Source of the DNA: Thermoflexus sp.
GTDB taxonomy: Bacteria > Chloroflexota > Anaerolineae > Aggregatilineales > Aggregatilineaceae
Assembly (NCBI GenBank): GCA_020724465.1
Contig: DYGX01000006.1
Span: 67,603-131,602, forward strand
DNA length: 64,000 nt
Direction: 5' to 3'
Under the pieces are notes generated by a model. That model was not told where the DNA came from and did no database searches. It saw only the letters and a program-made list of their open reading frames with translations. Position numbers and translations under genes: made by a program. The stretch's first letter is position 1. Each line of letters opens with the position of its first letter. This document shows, piece after piece, positions 54,451 to 64,000 of this stretch.

Positions 54451-56679
54451 ATGAGCGAGGAGAGAAATTCGGGTGCGGGCCGCGTCCCGCGCCGGTGGGG
54501 GGCGGGCCTGATTGCGGTTATCACCCTGATCGCTGCGACGGTGATCACCCCGCTTGCCCTGGCTGCGCCAGGGGCGCAGGATGGCCCCACCGTCCTGCGG
54601 ATCGGCTATCTGGGCGATCCAAACGGAGACGTCGCCAACGGGGCGCGTCTGGCAATCGACCAGATCAACGGCGCGGGGGGATTTGCCGGCCAGGGCGGCA
54701 CCGCTTATCTGTTCGAGCTGATCACCCTGCCGCGGGCGTCCAGCGCCGGATCGCTGACCAGCGATCTCTCCAAGCTCCTGGAGCGGCAGGGAATGGTGGC
54801 GCTGCTTGGCCCGGATGACGAAGAGGTTCTCACCCCGGACAATATCCAGGCGCTGGTCGAGAGCGGGCTGCCGGTGCTGACTGCTGTGACCGCCGACCGG
54901 CTGACCGAAGACGACACCACCGATCACATCTTCCGCATCCGCGCACCGGAGTACGTCTACAACGTGGCGATGGTGACGATTCTGATCGACGAGCTGGCCG
55001 CCGAGTCCTTCGCGCTGGTGCAGACCGATATCCAGTCGACCGCCGCCTTCGCGTCGTTCGAAGCCGCGCTTGGCGCCCGGAATATCCTGCCGGTCGATAA
55101 GGTACAACAGCCGGACAATACCCGCCTGGACGACCACGCCAACCGCCTGGCGGCGCTTGAACCGGAAGTGGTGGTCATGTGGGGGCCGATGGCAGACGCC
55201 GCCAGCCTGCTGCGCCAGCTTCGCGACAACGGCTGGACCGGGCGCTTTGTCTACCGCTACGCCGACGAGGCCGCCCGCGCGCAGGTGTTCGATCGCGACC
55301 TGGTCGGGGGCGTGCTGGGGATGACTAACTGGGTCTACAGCTACGCCTCGCGCGCCTCGCAGATCTTCTTGCGCGAGTATTCGCTGGCCTACAACAAACT
55401 GCCGAGCGCGCTGGCCGTGGTGGGCTACGACGCGGTCTGGTACCTGCGCTCGGCCGTGATCAACTTCGGCGCGTCGCCAGAGGAGATTCGCGACGGGCTG
55501 CTCAACGGCAACCCGCTCACCCTGGTGCACGGGCCGTTCCACCCGCGCGAGTTCGGCAACGGCGACCTGGCGCGGGTGGCGACCATCTACGAACTGGGTC
55601 CCTACGGCGGGCCGCAGGTGCTGGCGCGCTTTGACGACGGCGAGCGGCTCGTGCTGGATGAGACGGGCGTCGACGTGGTCAACATCCCGACGCCAACCCC
55701 CGGCCCGCCGACCATCACCCCGCTGCCGACAGCCACGCTGGAAGGCGTGTGGGCCGAGGTTACGGCCACGGCGCTCAACGTGCGCAGCGGACCGGACTTC
55801 ACCTACGACCGCGTCGCCCAGGTCCGCCAGGGCGATCTGCTGCGAGTGCTGGGCGCCAACGTCGATTACACCTGGCTGTCGGTCCAGATTCCCACCGGCG
55901 CGATCGGCTGGGTGCGGACCGAGTACGTCCGCGTCTCGGGCGACCTGTCCACCATCCAGTTCGTGCCCGTCCCGCCCAGCCCGACGCCCGGCGCGACGGC
56001 AGCCCCCAACCAGCCCGATATCGTGATCGACAGCGTCGTCCTCAGCCCGCCGCAGCCCATCCCGAACCAGCCCTTCAGCGCCACGGTCAGCGTGCGCAAC
56101 GCGGGCGGCGCGGCAGCGGGCCAGTTCGCCGTGGCCGCGACCTTCCAGCCGGGCGGGGTCTACACGGCGACCTTCGTGGACAGCCTGGCGGCGGGCGAGA
56201 CCAAGCAGGCCGTGCTGACGGCCACCCTGCCGGGGACCGGCATCGCGCAGGTCGCGATCATCGCGGACCTGAACAACACCGTTCAGGAGTTCAACGAGGA
56301 CAACAACCAGTACCAGATCACGTATCGGGTGGACTATCCGATCCTGGCCCAGCAGACCAACCTGTTGCTTAGCTCCGGCCAGGAGTGGAATCTGGACGGG
56401 GACGGCGGCCCCAACGACATCCGCTGGGATGGCAGCAGCCTGAGGGTAATCAACGGGGCGCAGATTGGCGTGCTGGGCGGCGTCGCCTACCAGGATGTGC
56501 ACTACGACCAGCTTTCGCCCGCCGTGATCAACAACCCGACCGGGCTGGACGCCAGCCAGTCGAACGCGGGCGTGGTGGCGGGCATCTATACCAGCCAGGG
56601 CCGCCGCGCTGTGCTGCGCATCGACAACCGCAGCGGCGATCAGATCTGGATCAGCTACCGCGTCTACAACGCGCCCTAG
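54451..56679 (+). CDS. membrane-anchored extracellular protein: type-1 periplasmic-binding (LivK-like) domain + SH3b + CARDB + C-terminal beta domain
   Basis: RBS GAAGGAGG precedes the start. TM anchor LIAVITLIAATVITPLALA. PBP1 block LRIGYLGDPNGDVANGARLAIDQINGAGG. SH3b LNVRSGPDFTYDRVAQV..GWVRTEYV. CARDB PDIVIDSVVLSP...VRNAGGAAAG...EDNNQ. Confidence 0.75.
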   Translation: MSEERNSGAGRVPRRWGAGLIAVITLIAATVITPLALAAPGAQDGPTVLRIGYLGDPNGDVANGARLAIDQINGAGGFAGQGGTAYLFELITLPRASSAGSLTSDLSKLLERQGMVALLGPDDEEVLTPDNIQALVESGLPVLTAVTADRLTEDDTTDHIFRIRAPEYVYNVAMVTILIDELAAESFALVQTDIQSTAAFASFEAALGARNILPVDKVQQPDNTRLDDHANRLAALEPEVVVMWGPMADAASLLRQLRDNGWTGRFVYRYADEAARAQVFDRDLVGGVLGMTNWVYSYASRASQIFLREYSLAYNKLPSALAVVGYDAVWYLRSAVINFGASPEEIRDGLLNGNPLTLVHGPFHPREFGNGDLARVATIYELGPYGGPQVLARFDDGERLVLDETGVDVVNIPTPTPGPPTITPLPTATLEGVWAEVTATALNVRSGPDFTYDRVAQVRQGDLLRVLGANVDYTWLSVQIPTGAIGWVRTEYVRVSGDLSTIQFVPVPPSPTPGATAAPNQPDIVIDSVVLSPPQPIPNQPFSATVSVRNAGGAAAGQFAVAATFQPGGVYTATFVDSLAAGETKQAVLTATLPGTGIAQVAIIADLNNTVQEFNEDNNQYQITYRVDYPILAQQTNLLLSSGQEWNLDGDGGPNDIRWDGSSLRVINGAQIGVLGGVAYQDVHYDQLSPAVINNPTGLDASQSNAGVVAGIYTSQGRRAVLRIDNRSGDQIWISYRVYNAP

Positions 56680-56707
56680 CGGACGCCTGACGCGCGAACC
56701 ACATGTG

Positions 56708-56736
56708 CGGGGCGGCCTGGCGGGCCGCCCCGTTTT
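56708..56736 (+). terminator. rho-independent terminator
   Basis: CGGGGCGGCC TGGCG GGCCGCCCCG followed by TTTT. Confidence 0.75.
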
Positions 56737-56778
56737 GCTGCGCGCGCAACTCAGCCTGGATTCTGGCGCAGGAGCCGC

Positions 56779-56784
56779 TATAAT
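56779..56784 (+). promoter_or_regulatory. consensus -10 hexamer TATAAT upstream of rpmJ
   Basis: Lies about 120 nt upstream of ATG 56907. The -35 is weak. Confidence 0.3.
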
Positions 56785-56906
56785 AGGCGGGCGTGCTGCG
56801 CCAGTGTGCGCGCCTGCTTGTTGTGAGCCTCTATCTATCCGCCCGAAGGCTGCTTATCTCGGCACCACCGGGGGAGATAGTAAGCAAGCCTGGGGAGGTG
56901 ACAGAG

Positions 56907-57023
56907 ATGAAGGTACGGTCTTCGGTTCGCAAAATGTGCGACAAGTGCTACTTTGTCCGGCGCAAGGGCCGCCTGTACGTGATGTGCTCGGCCTATCCGA
57001 AGCACAAGCAGCGTCAGGGTTAG
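56907..57023 (+). CDS. rpmJ: 50S ribosomal protein L36 (zinc-ribbon C+ form)
   Basis: [38 protein letters not shown], 38 aa. RBS is GGGGAGGTG. Confidence 0.95.
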   Translation: MKVRSSVRKMCDKCYFVRRKGRLYVMCSAYPKHKQRQG

Positions 57024-57039
57024 TCTCCGATTGTCTGGC

Positions 57040-57066
57040 AAAAACGGGCCGCGCGGCCCGTTTTTG
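57040..57066 (+). terminator. rho-independent (potentially bidirectional) terminator
   Basis: AAAAACGGGCC GCGC GGCCCGTTTTT. Confidence 0.8.
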
Positions 57067-57318
57067 TTGTCCGGCTGTGTCCAGGCCCCATTTGATAATT
57101 GACGTATAATTAAGAACAAGGGCGCGAGAACAGCGTTTGACTTTATTTTGAATTAAGGGATACGGTCCGGCTCCGGCAGCACGCCCGGTGACTTTTCTTA
57201 CAAAAGGCTCTCGTGCGATAATGCACCGCAAAAACAACTATCAACTACGGTTAGCGAGCCGGCATCATTCCCCAATCGCGTTTGCTGACGCTGCGTCCGT
57301 CAGACAGGAGAGAAACTT

Positions 57319-59715
<2,397 letters not shown>

Positions 59716-59749
59716 GACCCGTTGAGCCGGGCGCAGCAAGGAGAGTCAG

Positions 59750-62700
59750 ATGGGTCAGGTCAGTTATGCGCCAGAAGAAATCGGGCGTCCGGAGCGGCTG
59801 CTGCCTGTGGTGATGCTCTACGCGCTGGTCGCTGGCATCTGGATCACGGTGTCGGATCTGCTCCTGAACACGATCGTCTCAGATTCGCGCCAGCTGGCGC
59901 AGCTTCAAGTCGTCAAGGGCTGGCTCTTCGTCATCGTGACCACAGTGGCCTTCTACTTCTCCCTGCGGCAGGGCGCCCGGCGCATCCGCCACTGGCGCGA
60001 CGCCCTGCGTGCGTCGCAAGAGGCATATGCAGCCTTTCTCAATGCCTCGCCCGATCTCATGTTCGAGCTGGCACGCGACGGGACCTTCACCGGCTACCGG
60101 TCGGCGCCGATGGGCCTGAATATGCCGGCGGAGCGGTTCATGGGGCGGCGCGTCCAGGATGTGCTGCCCCAACTTGCTCCCAAGGCTATGCCTGCCATCG
60201 AGCAGGCGCTGGCCACAGGCGAAGTCCAGACCTTCGACTACGAGCTGCCCCTGGACGGCGAACCGCACTTCTACGAAGCGCGCATCGTCAAAAGCAGCCC
60301 GCAGTCCGTCATCGCGATCATCCGCGACGTGACCGAGCAGCGGCGCACCGTCGCCGCGCTGCGCGAGAGCGAAGCCACCAACCGCTCATTGCTGGCCGCG
60401 CTGCCTGATACGATGATTCGCGTCCACCGCGACGGGACTTATCTGGACGTACACAGCCCGACACCGGAGCTGCTCGTCGGCGGCGATCGCGTGGCGTTGA
60501 TCGGGAAACGCGTCGGCGATGTGCTGCCGCCGGACATAGCCGGGCTGGTCATGCACCACGTCCGGCGCGGGCTGGAGACACGCCAGATTCAGGTTTTCGA
60601 GTACCCGCTGCGGGTCCCGGCCGGCGAGCGCTACTTCGAAGCGCGGCTTGCCTGCAGCCAGCCCGACGAAGTGCTGATGATCATCCGCGATGTCACGCAG
60701 CGCAAGCACGCCGAGCGCGAGCGCGAGCAGTTCCTGCGGCAGATGGCCGCCCGTCTGAACGAGCTGGCGACCGTGGCCGAGGTCAGCCTGCAGGCCACCA
60801 CGATCCTCGATCGCGACCGGCTGCTGAGCACCGTGGTGCAACTCACGCGCGATAACTTCGAGCTGTACCACGCTCACATCTTCCTGGTGGAAGGCGATTA
60901 TCTGGTGCTAGCCGCCGGGGCCGGGCACGCCGGGCGCGAGATGGTCGCGTCCGGCTACCGGATTCCAATAGACCACGAGCGCAGCGTCGTCGCGCGGGCC
61001 GCTCGCCTGCGGCAGATCGTGACCGTGCGCGACGTGACCGAATCCGGCGACTGGCTGCCTCACCCGCTGCTGCCCGATACGCGCTCCGAGATGGCCATTC
61101 CGATGATCATCGGCAACGAGCTGATCGGCGTGCTGGATGTGCAGTCCGCCTTGCCGGACTATTTCACGCTGGAAGACGCCAGCGTCCAGGCCACGCTCGC
61201 CGCCCAGATCGGGATCGCCATCAAGAACGCCAGCTTGTTCACCGAAAACGCGCGGCGCCTGGCCATTATCGAACATTCCAGCGACCTGATCGCCCTGTCA
61301 TCGATCCAGCGCTGGCCCCATCTGCCCCGCTACGTCAATCCGGCCGGGCTGCGGCTGCTTGGCGTCGAATCGGTGGGCGCGCTGCACGATCTGACCATCG
61401 ACGATATCTTCCCGCCCGAAGACGCCGCCCTGCTGCACGGCGGCGCGCTGGAGACGGCCCTGCGCGAAGGTGTCTGGCGTGGAGAGCTGACCCTGCTCAG
61501 CCGCGATGGGCGCGAGATCCCGGTTGAGCAAACGCTGCTGGTCATTCGCGACGAGCAGGGCATCCCGCGTGATGTAGCGATGATCGCCCACGACATCAGC
61601 CAGCGGCGCCGCGACGAAGAGGCGCTGCGCCAGGCCAACCGCGCCTACCGCACCCTGAGCGACTGCAACCAGGTCATGGTCCGCGCCACCGACGAGACAA
61701 CGCTGCTCAATGACGTCTGCCGGATCGTCGTGGACAGCGGCCGCTTCCGGATGGCGTGGGTCGGTTACGCCGCCGACGACGAGGCGCGCTCCATCACGCC
61801 GATCGCGTCCTACGGCGCGGATAACGGCTATCTGGAGTTGCTGCATACCACCTGGGCCGACGAGCCGCGCGGCAACGGCCCCGCCGGGCGTGCTGTTCGC
61901 ACGGGCAACCTGGCGATTGTCGCCGACTGCGCGACCGACCCGGATTTTGAACCCTGGCGCGAGGCGGCGCTGGCGCGGGGCTATCGCTCGGTGCTGGGGC
62001 TGCCGCTGAAAGACCGCGACCATATCTTCGGCGTGCTGGTGGTCTATGCCGAGGAAGCGGATGCCTTCCGGCACGAAGAAGAGGTCACGCTGCTCGACGA
62101 GTTGGCGCACGATCTGGCCTATGGCATCACAGCGCTGCGGACTCGTGCCGAGCGCGAGCGCGCGCAGCAGGCCGAGCGCGAGCAGCGGCTGCTGGCCGAG
62201 GCGCTGAGCGATACGGCAACCATTCTCAACAGCACGCTGGAGCTGGATGCCGTGCTCGACCGCATCCTCGAGAATATCCAGCGCGTCCTGCCGCATGACT
62301 CCGCCTCTATCCTGCTGGTCGACGGCGCCGACGCGCGTGTTGCGCGCCATCACGGCTACGGCACGCGCGGTCTATCGGCCTGGATGGCCGCGCGCCGTTT
62401 CCCGATTGACGAGATCGCCTCGCTCAGGATCATGCGCGACACCGGCCATCCGGTGGTCATCGCCGACACAGAAACGTATCCCGACTGGGTCGCCTTCCCG
62501 GAGACAGCGTGGATCCGCTCCTACGCCGCTGCTCCAATCCAGCGCGAGGGTGACGTCATTGGTTTTCTGACCGTCGACAGCGCACAGCCGAACTTCTTCA
62601 ACGCGCAGCACGCCGAGCGGCTGCAAACTTTCGCCAACCAGGCTGCGATTGCGCTGCAGAATGCGCGGATGTTCCAGGCGTTGCAGGAACACGCCGCCAA

Positions 62701-64000
62701 GCTCGAAGCGCAGGCCCAGCGCCTGGCTTTGCTCAACCGCATTTCAAGCCAGGTCACCCAGCAACTTGAACTCGACGAGATCTATCGCGTGGTGTTGATC
62801 GAGCTGCAGGCGGTGCTGGGAGCCAGCTTCGGCGGTCTGATCCTGTTCGAGGATCACAAAGTGGGCCGCCTGGTCCTGAGCACGCATCCCGACGAACGGG
62901 CCAACCGCGATATCACCATCGGGTTGGAACAAAATCCATCCATCGATTACGTCCGCGAGACACACAAACCGCTCGTCTCCGAGGACGTGCTGAACGATCC
63001 GCGCTTTAAGCCCGCCTGGCCGGTGCTGCGCCGGCGCGGCACGCGCACGCTGGTGATCATGCCGCTGCTGGTCGGCGACGAGGTCATCGGCACCCTCGGG
63101 CTGGACTGGGTTGAGCCGCGCCAGTTCAGCCCAGACGAGCTGGAACTGGTGGAAACGATCGCCAATCAGGCATCGGTCGCCATCACCAAGGCGCAGTTGC
63201 TCACGGCGGAGCGCGAGCAGCGCATCCTCGCCGAGGCGCTGGGCGACGTGGCGGCGCTCAGCAACCGCTCGCTGTCGCTTGACGACCTGTTCGATGGCCT
63301 GCTCGAAAACATCCGCCGGGTGATCGCCTACGACGCCGGAAACCTGATGCTGATCGAGCACGACGTGGCCATGATCGTCCGGCATACCGGCTACGAAGCG
63401 TATGGCCCGACCGGCTGGATTGAGCATCTGCGCCTGACCGGGGCCGACACCCGGCACTGGTCGCGGATGCACACGCAAGCTGGCGTGCAGCCCTACATCA
63501 TCAACGATACCGCGGGCGATCCGGATTGGACTGTCCAGCCGGAGAGCGCCTGGATCCGCGCGACGCTCAAAGCGCCGATCTCAATCGACAACCAGGTGAT
63601 CGGGCTGCTGAACCTGGACAGCGCCACCCCACACGCCTTCAAACCGATCGATGCCGAGCGGCTCCAGGCTTTTGCCGACCACGCCGCGCTGGCAATCCGC
63701 AACGCGCGGCTGTTTGAGGCCGAGCGCGAGCAGCGCACGCTGGCCGAGGCGCTGCGCGCCGCCGCCGCCGCCATCACCAGCACGCTCCAGTTCGACGCCG
63801 TGCTCGACCGGATCCTGGCAAACGTCGGGCGCGTCCTGCCCTACGACGCGGCCAACATCATGCTGATCGAAGATGGCGTGGCGCGTGTGGTTCGCGGGCA
63901 CGGCTACGCCGAGCACGGCGCCGGAGCGTGGATCCGCAAGCTGCGCTTCAAGGTGGACGAGGTCCCGGTATGGCAGGAGATGATCGCCACCCGGCGGCCC
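59750..64000 (+). CDS. multi-PAS / multi-GAF sensor protein, 5' part only (runs off the window end)
   Basis: I read this frame as stop-free for 1417 codons from ATG 59750 (RBS AAGGAGAG) to 64000. It is not in the ORF track because it never terminates. It has two N-terminal TM helices followed by PAS-like and GAF-like blocks. Confidence 0.85.
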   Translation, partial: MGQVSYAPEEIGRPERLLPVVMLYALVAGIWITVSDLLLNTIVSDSRQLAQLQVVKGWLFVIVTTVAFYFSLRQGARRIRHWRDALRASQEAYAAFLNASPDLMFELARDGTFTGYRSAPMGLNMPAERFMGRRVQDVLPQLAPKAMPAIEQALATGEVQTFDYELPLDGEPHFYEARIVKSSPQSVIAIIRDVTEQRRTVAALRESEATNRSLLAALPDTMIRVHRDGTYLDVHSPTPELLVGGDRVALIGKRVGDVLPPDIAGLVMHHVRRGLETRQIQVFEYPLRVPAGERYFEARLACSQPDEVLMIIRDVTQRKHAEREREQFLRQMAARLNELATVAEVSLQATTILDRDRLLSTVVQLTRDNFELYHAHIFLVEGDYLVLAAGAGHAGREMVASGYRIPIDHERSVVARAARLRQIVTVRDVTESGDWLPHPLLPDTRSEMAIPMIIGNELIGVLDVQSALPDYFTLEDASVQATLAAQIGIAIKNASLFTENARRLAIIEHSSDLIALSSIQRWPHLPRYVNPAGLRLLGVESVGALHDLTIDDIFPPEDAALLHGGALETALREGVWRGELTLLSRDGREIPVEQTLLVIRDEQGIPRDVAMIAHDISQRRRDEEALRQANRAYRTLSDCNQVMVRATDETTLLNDVCRIVVDSGRFRMAWVGYAADDEARSITPIASYGADNGYLELLHTTWADEPRGNGPAGRAVRTGNLAIVADCATDPDFEPWREAALARGYRSVLGLPLKDRDHIFGVLVVYAEEADAFRHEEEVTLLDELAHDLAYGITALRTRAERERAQQAEREQRLLAEALSDTATILNSTLELDAVLDRILENIQRVLPHDSASILLVDGADARVARHHGYGTRGLSAWMAARRFPIDEIASLRIMRDTGHPVVIADTETYPDWVAFPETAWIRSYAAAPIQREGDVIGFLTVDSAQPNFFNAQHAERLQTFANQAAIALQNARMFQALQEHAAKLEAQAQRLALLNRISSQVTQQLELDEIYRVVLIELQAVLGASFGGLILFEDHKVGRLVLSTHPDERANRDITIGLEQNPSIDYVRETHKPLVSEDVLNDPRFKPAWPVLRRRGTRTLVIMPLLVGDEVIGTLGLDWVEPRQFSPDELELVETIANQASVAITKAQLLTAEREQRILAEALGDVAALSNRSLSLDDLFDGLLENIRRVIAYDAGNLMLIEHDVAMIVRHTGYEAYGPTGWIEHLRLTGADTRHWSRMHTQAGVQPYIINDTAGDPDWTVQPESAWIRATLKAPISIDNQVIGLLNLDSATPHAFKPIDAERLQAFADHAALAIRNARLFEAEREQRTLAEALRAAAAAITSTLQFDAVLDRILANVGRVLPYDAANIMLIEDGVARVVRGHGYAEHGAGAWIRKLRFKVDEVPVWQEMIATRRP

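Noticed and set aside
60386-63916. Series of minus-strand ORFs (60386-60877, 61298-62353, 62744-63478, 63581-63916)
   Set aside because: They are antisense to the stop-free PAS/GAF sensor frame, with low-complexity Arg/Gly/Gln-rich composition and no motifs.

Overview
This is a high-GC (roughly two-thirds G+C by eye) bacterial chromosomal segment. Gene content and the intergenic hairpin repeats suggest a Chloroflexota-like organism, but that is inference only. I support about 50 protein-coding genes, one ribosomal protein gene (rpmJ), several rho-independent terminators and a three-copy intergenic repeat family. I saw no rRNA, intact tRNA, CRISPR array, transposase or integrase. Most long antisense ORFs in the track look like high-GC shadow ORFs.

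Content runs as follows:
- Housekeeping and repair: aldo/keto reductase, endonuclease V, Hsp20, PurC, SDR, FadN-like fusion, L36.
- A Fur-controlled iron ABC importer.
- Many secreted or cell-envelope proteins: clan GH-A hydrolases, LysM, SH3b, CARDB, an L,D-transpeptidase and three GT-C-like glycosyltransferases.
- Signalling proteins: an AAA-like NTPase fused to a Ser/Thr kinase, an atypical LuxR-type response regulator, a giant STAND-TPR protein and a multi-PAS/GAF sensor that runs off the window end and is missing from the ORF track.

The candidates most worth follow-up are:
1. A co-directional GrpB / triple-zinc-ribbon / PpsR-like kinase-pyrophosphorylase / STAND-TPR block (37658-45592). 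It has a reading-frame break at a C6 run.
2. A five-gene envelope cluster (5935-11496).
3. A tightly packed block of serine hydrolase, membrane-anchored HTH, DEDDh exonuclease and PPC protein (15465-18482).
4. A radical SAM enzyme with CX4CX2C cysteine spacing.
5. An ArsR-LMW phosphatase fusion.

All functional calls rest on motifs read by eye. No database search was possible, and I cannot show that any of these blocks is a single novel system.
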